Positions 28,001-38,509 of a DNA stretch of 64,000 bases are shown here, one piece after another. The stretch's first letter is position 1. Each line of letters opens with the position of its first letter. The translations under genes and the position numbers were made by a program. The notes under the pieces are model-generated. The model saw nothing but the letters and a program-made list of their open reading frames with translations. It searched no databases and was not told the DNA's origin. This DNA is from Schmidtea polychroa (taxonomy: Eukaryota): contig CM097885.1 in assembly GCA_044892525.1 (NCBI GenBank), forward strand, positions 253,084,001 to 253,148,000. Reading direction: 5' to 3'.

Positions 28001-30858
28001 ACATACATATATAAAAGTGTTTTTATTGCTTGTTATTGTTGCGCGTGGTATTATCTTTGCTTATAAGAAGGCATTGTTTACGTTTACGACAGATTTATAG
28101 TAATCTGTGATTGGTCACTCATTGTGGGCAAGTATTTTTTTGTCAGTGGTCCGCTTAAAATAATCATGTGAATGGTGTTCCGCGCTTTTATATACACTAA
28201 ATTAAGGTATAGTATAATATCTAATTTATTTATATATTGAAAAAATATTCACACTTGGAATAAATATAACTATTAATGGCACTGGCATAAATACATACAT
28301 TTATTATGATTTTTTTAATTATAAAAATATGCATATTAGGTGTTTTTCTAGAGTTTTATCACATTCCACCTTTCCACGAGCAGTGGAGAAGCAAAGAGTA
28401 GCAATGTAAATTATAATTATGTAAAACTTATAGAAATTTGGAAAATTATGACAGATTGCTGGAAATTATTAGAAATATAGGAGATAAACATCGAAAAACA
28501 TAATTTATGATTGAAATATTAAATTTAAAGTTAATTATTTTTTAATATTGGAAATTGATAAAAAATATCCCAAAATTATTTGTAATTGAAATGATTTTAT
28601 AATAGCTTCAAAAATATATTTAAATGACAATTTAATAGCTCTTGCTGCTTTTAAAAATATATCCTAAATGACCTTAAAATAATAATAAATTAGAAATTTT
28701 AATTTTAAAATAAATAAAATTAGTTTTTTAAAACTTTAGAAAAATGTTAATTTAATAAAAAATATTACAATTAGCTTGCTATTTGCTAATTTTATATATA
28801 TGTGTGTGTGTGGCATTTCTTTATGAGATAAGTAAAACATATAAGGTATTTGTGTATTTATCTTTAACTCACAGTGACTTATTATCTTTAGTGTACCATT
28901 GTAACAACTACGTCACTCAAGACTAGGCACTTGGTGGTTATTTTGATGTGTTAGGAATAAACATGTTTCTCTGATATCTTCCCGTGTTCCTTTTCGTGTG
29001 GTTTCAACATTTTTTAAATCTCGATATCTTTTTTCTTAAGAACGGTCCCTCGTAGATCAATTGCAGTGGACGTTGGACTCTTTTCTTAATCACCCATGAT
29101 TGGGCGCCTTCAAACGAATTTTCAATAAATGGAATTAAAATGATGTCTCTAGGTTTTATCTTGCTTGTTGCAAAAGTATCTGTTCTACGTCGAATTGTTC
29201 TAAGTGCATGTTTCAGAACATTTTATCGCATTTCTGTCGAATTTCTTATAATAAATGCACAATGTTTCTGGTTTTGTTATTAATTTCCTTTTGTATTTGC
29301 TTTTTACCTTTATCAATTGTGTGAAGATTTTGGATTTCGTTTTCTCAATATATGGATCTGAATAATTTTATGGCAGTTAATAATTTCATTGAAGATTGTT
29401 AGCTGTTTCTTGCAGTAATTGCTTTCCTGCTTTATTTATATTTCCGTTACCTTTGCTGATTTGCTTTCTATTTTTCATAAAGAAGCTCACATTATCCCCC
29501 AATGGCATGATGTCCCTAGATTATCTCTTCCTTGTTGCAAAAGTATCTGTTTCACGTTGAATTGTTCAAAGTGCATGTTTCAGAACATTTTATCACATTT
29601 CTGTCGAATATTCTATAATAAATGCGCAATGTTCCTGGTTTTGTTATTAATTTCCTTTTGTATTTGCTTTTTACTCTTATCAATTGCGTGGAGATTTTGG
29701 ATTTCAATTTTCCTGTCATGATGCGAATTGTCCAAGATTTCTTGATTGATCAGAAATTTGTTTTAAACAATCTCTCCAGTGACTTTGTTTTCTCAATATA
29801 TGAGTCTGTATAATTTTATGACGGTTAATAATTTCATTTAATATTGTTAGCTGTTTCTTGCAGTAATTTCTATCTTGCTTCATTTATGTTTCCGTTACCA
29901 TTGCTGATAAAATAGTTATTTTCTTGATCACAATGTCTTTTTATTTTTCTTAAGGAAGCTCACATTATCCCCCAATGGCATGATGTCCCTAGGTTATCTC
30001 TTGGTTGTTGCAAAAGTATCTGTTTCACGTCGATTTGTTCAAAGTGCATTTTTCAGAACATTTTATCGCATTTCTGTCGAATTTCCTATAATATAACATA
30101 GACTATATCTTTACTAAGATATCGAAATGCAAGCTCGTCAGTAAATAAAAATACTTTCTGACACCACTTTTGTCATCATAAAAATCAATAAAAACGTTTT
30201 TTAAATAAATCGATTTAATCACTTAAAATAATTGATTTATTTAATATATATATTACTGATTAATGATTGATATTTAATGATTTCAAATTAATGATTATAT
30301 TTCAAATGTTTTTGGCTCGTTTTTAAGAAATTAAATATTAGATTTGGTTTTATACGTGAATCTTGTATAAACTACTCATCTAAAGATCATTTTTTAAATG
30401 CTCAAATTCAAAATACTAGAAAAAATGTAAACGGAAAGCAAGTGACAGCGGATGGCTGTACTTCTTTCACTTGGTCTTATATACATTACAGTGGGGGAAT
30501 GTTCGCAATGATTCCTTCCTATAGTCAATATAAGGATATCAACGAACTGATCACTCTACCAGTAAAGATTGAAGAGACTCAATCTAGTTTATCTAGCTCC
30601 AACACCAGGCATGTTAACACTGATGAAGATTCAGAAAGCTGGGAAACTGTAAACATTGGTTTTCTTTGGTCTTGGAATAAAATGTTGACTCGAAAATGGA
30701 CAACTGGTCCAATGGTTATTGATGAGCAGTTCCAAGATCGAATGCTGGCTGACTTTCGTGAATTTTCTAATAACACTGACAATCGACTGAAGCAATTTTA
30801 TTTGGATGTCAAAATGACTGCCGCAAAATATTTCTGTGATAAAGCTTCACATGTTTAA
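988..30858 (+). CDS. DEPDC5: DEPDC5/IML1 GATOR1 subunit, multi-exon gene; 5' part lies upstream of the window
   Basis: GT-AG exons join in phase and give DEPDC5 motifs in the correct order: [22 protein letters not shown]; [17 protein letters not shown]; GLGRIFH; [10 protein letters not shown]; [13 protein letters not shown]; [20 protein letters not shown]; DEP domain; [22 protein letters not shown]; [21 protein letters not shown]; [11 protein letters not shown]; [28 protein letters not shown]. Compared with the human protein from memory. Linker exons at 17.0-18.7 kb are unresolved. Confidence 0.93.
2900..3620 (+). mobile_element. Penelope-like retroelement 3' remnant (GIY-YIG endonuclease plus tail)
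   Basis: [50 protein letters not shown] with one stop; hammerhead-like core downstream. Confidence 0.8.
3587..3620 (+). ncRNA. Minimal hammerhead-ribozyme-like core in the Penelope tail
   Basis: CTGATGA-t-GATAG-tgacg-CTATC-GAAA-tatata; stem II perfect, stem I not evident. Confidence 0.4.
5208..5328 (+). CDS. DEPDC5: DEPDC5 exon ([21 protein letters not shown]...)
   Basis: Conserved GVDWKSL motif; tttag acceptor and gttgta donor; the phase-2 end fits 9269. Confidence 0.9.
5486..7971 (-). mobile_element. Mutator/MULE transposon with TIRs, 9-bp TSD and frameshifted transposase
   Basis: TSD ctgtattaa at 5477-5485 and 7972-7980; inverted ctatttattcgctatgtatttt at both ends; ORF pieces 7617-6418, 6448-6146 and about 6100-5762 with DATYKL, VMCWAH, TNNNLES and SWIM finger [14 protein letters not shown]. 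Confidence 0.93.
8040..8290 (+). mobile_element. Degenerate Penelope-like 5' remnant with inverted hammerhead-like motif
   Basis: Minus strand 8068-8112 attaa..CTTAAAGA..GAAACGTTGTC-ttaat; plus strand FRVTSLFAN resembles the RT motif FDVTSLFTN. Confidence 0.4.
8280..8780 (-). mobile_element. MULE transposase fragment
   Basis: [38 protein letters not shown] resembles the MULE first catalytic block. Confidence 0.75.
9269..10029 (+). CDS. DEPDC5: DEPDC5 exon cluster 9269-9365, 9416-9517, 9565-9650, 9703-9904, 9950-10029 (SHEN region)
   Basis: Five exons separated by 45-52 nt GT-AG introns, all phases compatible; [12 protein letters not shown]|[42 protein letters not shown]. Confidence 0.9.
10304..11539 (+). 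mobile_element. piggyBac-derived non-autonomous element
   Basis: TTAA on both flanks; ends CCCTTTATA and TATAAAAGG; remnant C-terminal Cys domain [11 protein letters not shown] at about 10520-10555; right end duplicated at about 11140-11195. Confidence 0.65.
12382..12505 (+). CDS. DEPDC5: DEPDC5 exon ([11 protein letters not shown]...[11 protein letters not shown])
   Basis: Matches CDIYGD...FVEGLNRIRRR; phase 2 in, phase 0 out. Confidence 0.9.
12680..13440 (-). mobile_element. mariner transposase remnant
   Basis: [11 protein letters not shown].. at the N-terminus; [15 protein letters not shown] and PSDYHLFRS; many stops and frameshifts. Confidence 0.75.
14394..15440. mobile_element. Possible piggyBac-like remnant
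   Basis: TTAA-CACGTTCGC left end and ATAAAGG-TTAA right end; internal coding similarity weak. Confidence 0.3.
16866..17045 (+). CDS. DEPDC5: DEPDC5 linker exon, Ser/Pro/His-rich (60 codons)
   Basis: attag acceptor and gtttgt donor, phase 0/0, open frame, locally GC-richer; no conserved motif. Confidence 0.65.
17198..18781 (+). CDS. DEPDC5: Tentative small DEPDC5 linker exons (17198-17227, 17265-17308, 18664-18735, micro-exon 18771-18781)
   Basis: Splice-site and phase fitting only; the exact chain is ambiguous. Confidence 0.35.
18987..19099 (+). CDS. DEPDC5: DEPDC5 exon preceding the DEP domain ([14 protein letters not shown])
   Basis: Resembles SSTLTEILEAMKHP; gtaaga donor; phase 2 fits 21022. 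Confidence 0.75.
20140..20860 (+). mobile_element. pogo/Tigger-like remnant
   Basis: TA-CAGTCG...CGACTG-TA termini; internal [18 protein letters not shown] resembles a Tigger C-terminus. Confidence 0.45.
21022..21986 (+). CDS. DEPDC5: DEPDC5 exon cluster 21022-21154, 21208-21397, 21448-21569, 21617-21773, 21820-21986 (DEP domain and start of CTD)
   Basis: [10 protein letters not shown]..; [20 protein letters not shown]; IEWVEV; [28 protein letters not shown]; 46-53 nt introns, phases consistent. Confidence 0.9.
22650..22969. mobile_element. hAT MITE, 320 bp
   Basis: TIR CAGGGGTGCCCA / TGGGCACCCCTG; perfect 8-bp TSD gtatagac (22642-22649, 22970-22977). Confidence 0.93.
23054..23830. repeat. 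95-bp direct repeat pair (23054-23148, 23736-23830)
   Basis: Copies differ at one position. Confidence 0.9.
25702..26016 (+). CDS. DEPDC5: DEPDC5 CTD exons 25702-25906 and 25956-26016
   Basis: [35 protein letters not shown] and [12 protein letters not shown] match LLVPVLEGPFALPS..DPLRAQLFIPLNISCL and HLFQEAIAHR. Confidence 0.92.
27190..27552 (-). pseudogene. HSP90: Hsp90 N-terminal fragment, antisense inside a DEPDC5 intron
   Basis: [12 protein letters not shown]..; [52 protein letters not shown] then a stop; the LRELISN..DKIR block is deleted; frameshift present. Confidence 0.88.
27573..27599 (-). promoter_or_regulatory. Heat-shock element and TATA box upstream of the Hsp90 fragment
   Basis: TTCcaGAAaaTTC at 27587-27599 (three alternating nGAAn units); TATAAA on the minus strand at 27573-27578. 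Confidence 0.6.
28800..30095 (-). mobile_element. LTR-retrotransposon 3' remnant with an internally triplicated segment
   Basis: [25 protein letters not shown] at about 29040-29125 resembles an integrase C-terminus; three diverged copies of a segment at about 29140, 29480 and 29950. Confidence 0.5.
30342..30858 (+). CDS. DEPDC5: DEPDC5 terminal exon
   Basis: R|[57 protein letters not shown]; TAA at 30856-30858; AATAAA at about 30890. Confidence 0.92.
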
Positions 30859-31051
30859 ATGATGGACTTTTTGATGCAATTCTTATTAAAATAAATCTTA
30901 TTTTTGTTATTACTTATTTATTATAATTAAATATCATTATTATTATGTAATTGATTTTCAATTTTACAATAATTTTAATTGACAAATTAATATTTTAATC
31001 GACTTTTTGTTATACAAATATTAAAAGTAAGCTTTTGAAAATGATATATTA

Positions 31052-31326
31052 TCTCTATATATAAAAAAAGCTAATGGCCCCCTCCATCCGAATTTTACTT
31101 TTTACCTTTTTTTTGAAATTTTTTTATGATGTATTTATTCTTTTGTACTTATCGTTCTATAATACTTTGAAACGGGTTATGCTATTATCTTTTATCATAG
31201 TTATGTAAACATATTAATAAAATGAATCTTACTCCTGTGCAAGAATACCCTGGATATTAATTTTAACATTAACCCCACGTTCTGACGGGGTTGGTGAAGC
31301 GAAGCGAACAGGGCCAGAGCGCCTAG
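31052..31326 (+). mobile_element. Non-autonomous Helitron, 275 bp
   Basis: Starts TC after A (a|tctctatatataaaa); subterminal GC-rich hairpins (aaccccacg..cggggtt; gcgaagcg); ends CTAG before T. Confidence 0.75.
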
Positions 31327-31559
31327 TAATTAATAAATTTGTTATATTAGTCGTTGTATTTTTCCTAGCTATGATAATTGGTGTCAGAAGTGACAACACT
31401 CAGTACATGCCTGTCCACCTATCCTTTAATTTTAATTGACAAATTAATATTTTGGTGCCTAGACGTTACACATAAATGAATTTTAATGTTATTCATATTA
31501 GGCAGGTTATCTTCTTGCTCTGGAATATAAGCAAAGTTATTCTTTAATAATCTTCCTAT

Positions 31560-32860
31560 ACTATGTGAATATATCTTTTTTGTGCCAGAGTTCTTAAACT
31601 CATCATACGACGAACAAGCTCAAGAATTCTCAACTTATTAATGAGATACATTCGCTTTATTGGGTGTCTTCCTGTGACCCGCAAATAATTGCTCAATTAA
31701 AATTCTGTTGTCATCTTTTCTCATGAACTCAAGAAATTTCCAAACCCTTCAACGACATTATTCGTTCGTCGGTGTCCAGAGAGTTTAGAGTTATAACAGC
31801 ACGTAGTGTTCTCAAATCTTGGTGTTACATATGTCCAGTTATTTCAGATTCTTATTAAACCTATATGGGCTCTTCAATAAATTCGATAAAATCATTAAGC
31901 TCAGGCTGATGAAGAGCCACTAAATCTTTAAAGGTTCTAGCTACATCCTCTTCAGGAATAAATGGTAAACTTATCAATGCAGCAACTAACCCTTGCAAAT
32001 TAGTGTTTTACCCATTACGATATCTCGCAGTCAACCCATTCTCTTGTATTTTTCTCCACAATGATTGGTTGAATTTCATGCTGAATTAGGCAACATGTTC
32101 TTGGATGCCATCTCAAAGTCCATCTTTACTGTTTAAGGTGAAAAAGTAATATTTAATCTGATAGGTGCTTCTTTGAGATGATTAATTATACTTTACTAAA
32201 CAAACCTTGTTTTTCTTAAGCAAAGAACATAAACAAAGTGGGAAGTATAACCTAAAACCTCACAATCTATCGTCTACAGTTGGAGAAAGATTCTTGGTAC
32301 TGTATCAAAAGTTCCATCTGCAAAAATCTGAGTGCTTCCACATAGAGATCGTTGGCCAACATCAGAGTAGAATATGAGAACTCTGTTAGAGTCATGCACG
32401 CCAGAATCAAACCTTAGAAATAAATCACCCTCAAATGTCTTATAATATGGGGGGTGGTGATTAAGCAACTCGAAACAGATGCTGGCAGACTCGATCCTGC
32501 AGAGTTTTGAACTCTTGGCCATTTTATTACTGAGTTTGTTTCGCTCCTATTGTTGGGCGCTTATGGGTGTCACCATTAATTGTGTTAGGGGTACTGACGG
32601 ATTTCGAATTGACTCCTTCCTGAACGCTCTCTGATTATTGTCTTTATCCCATCTGTATACCCATGGCCATAACCATGTTGGTGCTGTATACAATGGTTGA
32701 AAATTCATGAGCAGCTGTGCTCCATTGCTGAAACTACTCGTAATATTCTTATCTTCGGGTCCTGGTAACCCGATAGAAGGGCTTACATCCTCATACAGTT
32801 GTAGCGATAAACATGCATACACAAATCTCTGGTCCAAGTGAGATTATCAAACTTACTTAG
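31560..32860 (-). mobile_element. Degenerate MULE transposase
   Basis: DLFLRFDSGVHDSNRVLIFYS..QIFADGTFDTVPRIFLQL; further degenerate blocks downstream. Confidence 0.75.
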
Positions 32861-33037
32861 GCATTTATCGAACAATTACCTAGACGTTAAATTATAAAAG
32901 AGAAATTAAAAGGAAAATAAAACAGTAAGATGTATTACAATTAATGACAATTACAAATAGTCAGGTAAATCAGAATCCCCATGAATAAACTAAGGTCATG
33001 TACTCAAAATATTCATGCCATACTGACAGAAGAGTAT

Positions 33038-33842
33038 CTAGATAAGGGATGGTGTCAATGAAGCTCTCAACTCATCCGCGGTTGTCACAGTAGTGGTCCA
33101 GAACCCACTTTCCTCTGCTTCTCGCGAATGGTGGATGTCTCCTTCCAGATGCGGATCTGTTAACCAACGGGTGCCGATGCTTGGTATCACCCTAAACGGA
33201 GGTGGTTCAGTTGTTGCTTGAACCGTCTCGAGTCCTGTAGTAGACGGAATACAATTCGAAAACAGAGCGGCCTCGACAACGGCTAAGTCATCTCTTTTGC
33301 GCTTTGAACGCTTGGCGCGATTGAGCCTTTTTCTTTTTGGTCGACCGATCGGATTGGACGTAGACGGATCAATGATAGGCGTCGGTGACTTGACAGCTCC
33401 GATCCTGGTCCAAATATAAACGACATCTGGCTCGATGGAAGGCGAGGAATTTTCGCTATGGTTTAGACAAACCGTCTTTTTCATTGAATTTGGGCCATCC
33501 AGTAAATGTTAAATCGGGAAAATGTTTTACCTGCCGATGATTGTGCACTCGATGATACACGATCGCAACTCGGATTTGGAATAAATCCGTTGAAAGACCT
33601 TTGACTACTCTTTGATGGTGAGCCGCTAGTTGCTCTCTTCCAGCAGGCTGTCCCTGCAGTGCTCTAGTCGTAAGATTTTTCGATTGGCCTCTTTCATTTG
33701 GACCGGGGCGAACCACATCCTCTCCAAATCGTTTTTTAAGGTTCCCGATCTCCAGCTGCATCTTCTTCATCGCGGCATTCTTATCCGCACAAGAAAAGCA
33801 TGGTTTTTCGACCAGATTTCGGTATGTTTGGTTCTGACATTT
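33038..33842 (-). CDS. Unknown spliced ORF, diverged member of the Y coiled-coil/basic family (exons 33842-33531 and 33475-33038)
   Basis: A 55-nt GT-AG phase-0 intron joins the two track ORFs; RPKRKRLNRAKRSKRKR and IPSIGTR resemble KPKRKRLGRNTRDKLKR and VPSIGVR at 53.5-53.9 kb. Confidence 0.45.
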
Positions 33843-35169
33843 CTACAAAGGAGAGATTTACGTAATGATTGTATCATAATTCGGACATTCAGTATGTTGA
33901 CAAGAGATGGCCTATCTTTTACAGGGTTACTAATCACCCATCAGAAATGGTTCGGCGAAATAAGGATCAAGTGAACTGATGGCATCATCACTTGCATTAT
34001 TATCATTATTATCTAGCTATTAAAGTTCTATTGATTCGATATACATTTAGTTATTAAAATACTTTATTATTACCCTATTTATGTACTTATCGTCCCATAT
34101 TTATGCCCTACTTAATTACTTATCATCAACTTACGGGCACCATACTCATTTACTCATTAGAATTTTATTAATACGATATTATCCATTTACAATTTATTAA
34201 AATAGTAGTTATATATTTTCTCATTCATCCATTTCTACACCTATAACAAATAACTTACGCAGGCCAAGGGCAAATTTGATTGGGGATGACGACAAGTTTT
34301 CGGTATTTTAGTGATATTTAATTAATCATTTTATATAATACCTCATTATTCATTTACTAAGGCAGTACTGGTCTAATCATTTAAGGTATTAAGACCCTAA
34401 TTATTCATTTTATTCGCCGTTTATCTATTAATTTTCTCCGAAACACATTCGAGAGATGGCCGTAGGGAAACTGAAACTGTAAAATTCACACTGAAACCTT
34501 CTGTAACGCGATAAGACTTGTGGAGTCTATTTTTACGAGTAATAAGGGAAATTAAATATGAGAATCATCTTAAATTATCAAACTTTTATGAATTCCTTAA
34601 TTCGTTTCACTCTAAATGGGTGAAGACATGAAACGAAGTTCAGATAAACATTACTAAGAGATACGCAATGATACCAGAAGTTTATAGTGGGAGTACGAGA
34701 TTTCCAATTTATGATTATTAAGACTAAGCGTAAACAACAGATCTTAGATTGTTTATTGATTACAATTCGTTTCGCTCATTGGCTCGACAAAACTTTCTCA
34801 CGTATCATAAGGTGGTCGATCCTTGTCGATCTCAAATTTTTCTTTATGTCAATTCCTGGAACTTTTTCAGACCGGAATAAACAGTATGATTTTACTTATC
34901 GTGTGGATCAAGGGTTAGATTCAATAGAAATCGACAATTTCCGCTTGGGCAAGTGTTATACTAAAAGTGATCTCACGACGCCTTTGTTGATAAAGATTAT
35001 TATTCTCTTATTCTTGCTTTGCACGTCTGCACTATCGAGAAGTTTACTTTATCGCTATATCTCCGAAGATGGATATGAGATTACTGGCATAGATTACTGT
35101 AGATTTCCTAATTTCAATGATCGTACGACTTTTAAGTCATCCATTTCAAATCAACTATTCTCCTAGAAT

Positions 35170-35280
35170 TGTTACAATTATTTGTGATTATCAATAAAGA
35201 TTTCTGTTGTCAAGTGTTATTTGTGGATCAGTCAAAGACACACTTGGAGTCAAATATTATCACCAACCCAATAACCCAAT
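35170..35280 (+). repeat. 3' tail of the LTR family found at 48.3 and 50.1 kb
   Basis: atttgtgattatcaataaagatttctgttgtcaagtgttatttgtg nearly identical to 49171-49216; ends atcaccaacccaataac. Confidence 0.8.
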
Positions 35281-35399
35281 TTTTTTAAAAAAAATAAAAT
35301 CAAATATACATAAGTTTTTCTTTATATATTTTATTTAATAAAAGATTTGTAGATTGATTCTTGCAAAGGACCATAAATGTCTAGATACGCCATTGTATA

Positions 35400-35990
35400 A
35401 CATTGGACTCTTTTTCCATTGTTGAATAGCTAAAATGCGCTCTGTTTAGTGTTTTATTTGCATATGCTATTACGTAATTTTTACATTTTTTTCTGTTTTC
35501 CTAAGACTGCCTCTACGGCCTTCCTTCAAGCATTTGTCATGACGATAATTTTTTTTTGAAGTCTTGAAGGTCTTCACTCCTTTTGTTAATTCTATTATTG
35601 GTACTGCAATTTTAGCATATTCCGTAGTACCCCGTTAATCCTAAAAATCTCTGCACCTATTGTAATATTTAAGGAACTATTTTATGTGTAATCCTTTAAC
35701 TTGCCTTCACTGACTTCATTAACTCTCTTAAATACTGACTGCTGCTTATTCAATGACTGTTCTAAATGTTTAACTTTATCTTCACATAAATTAACACTGT
35801 ATTTATTAAACTTCGAAGCATGGTTTGTTTGTTAATGTCTTCGAACATAATCTTTGGCAACAGCAATCTGTTTGTTAAAAATTAAACAGGTAGGCTTTCT
35901 ATTAATGTCAACCGAAAAGTACGATAGTCTTCAGTTTTCAGCATCATCAGACACTCTTCGTTAACTTTTCCTTGCTTTAAAAACATTGGT
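35400..35990 (-). mobile_element. hAT (SPIN/GTF2IRD2-like) transposase N-terminal remnant
   Basis: KPTCLIFNKQIAVAKDYVRRH*QTNHASKF..KVKHLEQSLNKQQS. Confidence 0.7.
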
Positions 35991-36774
35991 TATAAATTTA
36001 GAAAATAAACACAATATAAGTAAAAACACAAACAAAACACAAATGTAACAAATGTTAATTCAAAAAGTTACAGCGCTTAGTCCAGAACAACTAAATTAGA
36101 CAAGTAGGACAACTTTGCCGTAGGTGCGAGAGGATAATCGTTGTACCTCTTTTACTGGTGCTAGACCATCAGATATGTACACTATGGTCCGTTCGAAGGA
36201 CTAATGTTTCGTTGGCAGTCTTGCATGATTATTTGTTATTTGTCATGCAAAACATTGCGTGTGGACGCAAATTGGACACTTTTCATGATCTAATGAGGTT
36301 GGTCAAACTTTAAAGTACTGATGGGCTGTAGCATCGTATACAAGAAAGATTGCAGATCAAACATTACGTTTGGGCAAGCATTTATCGAGGCTGCATATGT
36401 CCTCAAGATTCAAGCTACATTCATCCTTTAAATTTTTCGAAACCGACCGCACAAAATACACTAACATTACGTACAATTGCTACAATATCAATCTGCACCG
36501 ATGAACTGGATGGATGGACGATATCAAAAGTGTCGACAGTGACCTTACACTTCACACAAACGGATGTGACCCAATTTTAGTAGTCAGCATGACCAAAGAT
36601 AGCACAAATCAAAGTGAAGCTAAATGACTATGTTGATAGAAGGATGATCTCACGTCGAAACTGTTACACAAAATGTGATCATTGATATGTTAGATTTAAC
36701 TTATTAATTTACTTAATTAACTTATAGGTGACCAATTACAGGGTATTAGCAAAATATAGACATAATTCTATTTG

Positions 36775-37320
36775 TTTAAAGCAGATCCTGGTAATATGGG
36801 GATTGTCATGATTGTCATGATGTCATGATTGTCTGATGAACTTTTAAAAAGATCATTGTGTTGATAACTTACAAGAGTGTATATGAAAGGTTGAAAGGAT
36901 GGCCCTAGTATTGAGTGTATTAATGCCTTCTAGTGATATCCTGAACCAACGAGATTTTGGAATATTTCTGACTCTGTGAGTGTTCAACTTTATTTTCGGA
37001 TCCCATCCAAGTAACACATGATCAAGTCATTAGATATCACCTGCATTTTTTATGAGGATTGAAATTGTTTTAGGTTGAGCTGTGAAGTGAGCCTTGCGTT
37101 GGTAACTATCGAGAAGGAATACAGGTCAACCGTGATAACCACACAAATTTATTCATAAATCAATTTAAACAGAGTTTGGTCAAAGTGAATGCCTGAATGT
37201 CTGTTGATTTGCTTAAGGTAAAACATCGTGAAAACATGAAAAGATTGAGTTAAACCACCCTAGTGAACGATTATAGTCTTTTAAAGTTACTTAAAACTGT
37301 TGTAAAGCTTTGAATGAAGC
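36775..37320 (+). mobile_element. Highly degenerate Penelope-like RT remnant
   Basis: KADPGNMGIVM resembles KADKGNAVVIM; KSLDIT resembles VSLDVT. Confidence 0.35.
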
Positions 37321-37743
37321 TGTTCTTGTTTTATGTGAGTCTTTTATTCCTAACGTTTAAATTGAAATGCAACTAATTCAAGTTTCATGTGTTTTTTACG
37401 ATTAAATGCAATTTAAAACTTTTAAAAGTTTTATAATTTAAATTTAAAAATTAAATAATACAAATTTGTTAACGTTTTCACTTTAATTAAAATTTACTTA
37501 AAATTTGAAATGATTTATTTAAAAACTTTATAAAATATGAAAAGTTAACATATTTAAATAATTTAAGTTTAATTTAAAAAATGATAATTTTAAATCCTTA
37601 CTATAAATTTATAAGTTAATATTTAAAGTATATTAGTAATTTTGAATGTTTTTCTAATATACTTTTATTTTTAATATATATTTTATTTCTGGGTGTTTGT
37701 TTAAATTTGATTAAACTTTGAAATCGAATAGTAATTTTTAGAT

Positions 37744-38357
37744 ATGGTGAGTTTAATTTTTGTATTGTTACATTCTGTTTTAGTTTTATGCTATAAGCAA
37801 TGTTAATTTTTTTTTATTAGCCGATGCCAAAAAGTGCAAAAATTACTCAACATCTTGAGTATAGAATGAGAGCCACACTTCAAGATGGTCGTCAATTGGT
37901 TGGAACATTTAAAGCCTTCGATAAGCACATGAATGTCATCTTATGTGATTGTGATGAATTTCGTAAAGTTAAGAGCAAAGGTTCAAGAGAAGAGAAAGAA
38001 GAAAAACGTTCATTGGGTTTTGTGTTAATTAGGGGTGAACAATTGGTCAGTCTAAATGTCGATGGCCCTCCTCCAACTGAAGATAGTACTAAAACTCCAG
38101 TTTTACCTGGTACTGGTGCAACGGGTATTGGTCAAGCTGTTGGACGTGGAATGCCAGCTTTTACAACAGTAGCAGCTCCTCCACCTGGATTAACCGGTCC
38201 ACCTACTTGGGGCGCTGGACCTCCTGGTAGCATGATGCAACCTCGTCCAATGCTCGCAGGTATGCCACCTGGAGTTCCCGGTATTCCACCTCCACCTTTT
38301 GGAGCTCCTCCCTTGCCACAAGGAGGAAGAGGATTTCCACCTTTTGCTAATCAATAA
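37744..38357 (+). CDS. SNRPB: Small nuclear ribonucleoprotein SmB, join(37744-37746, 37821-38357), 179 aa
   Basis: Sm1/Sm2 motifs [50 protein letters not shown] and a Pro/Gly tail; ATG-only first exon (ATG|gtgagt) as in other animal SmB genes. Confidence 0.95.
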
Positions 38358-38509
38358 ATATTAAAGATTTCATTGTGAATATAACTTTGTGTTTCTGTTT
38401 AAGTATTTCTTATTAGTCTTAATTTCAATTTAATTATAAGTAATTTTTTAAAATAATGTTTGTTTAAATAAGCTATATTTTAGCGCTATTTTTATCTTGC
38501 AATTAGTAA

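Noticed and set aside
31378-31395. PBS-like tggtgtcagaagtg
   Set aside because: No identifiable LTR immediately upstream or gag downstream.
34687-35166. 159-aa plus-strand ORF
   Set aside because: No recognisable motif, GTG start, and it abuts an LTR tail; probably a chance ORF in repeat DNA.
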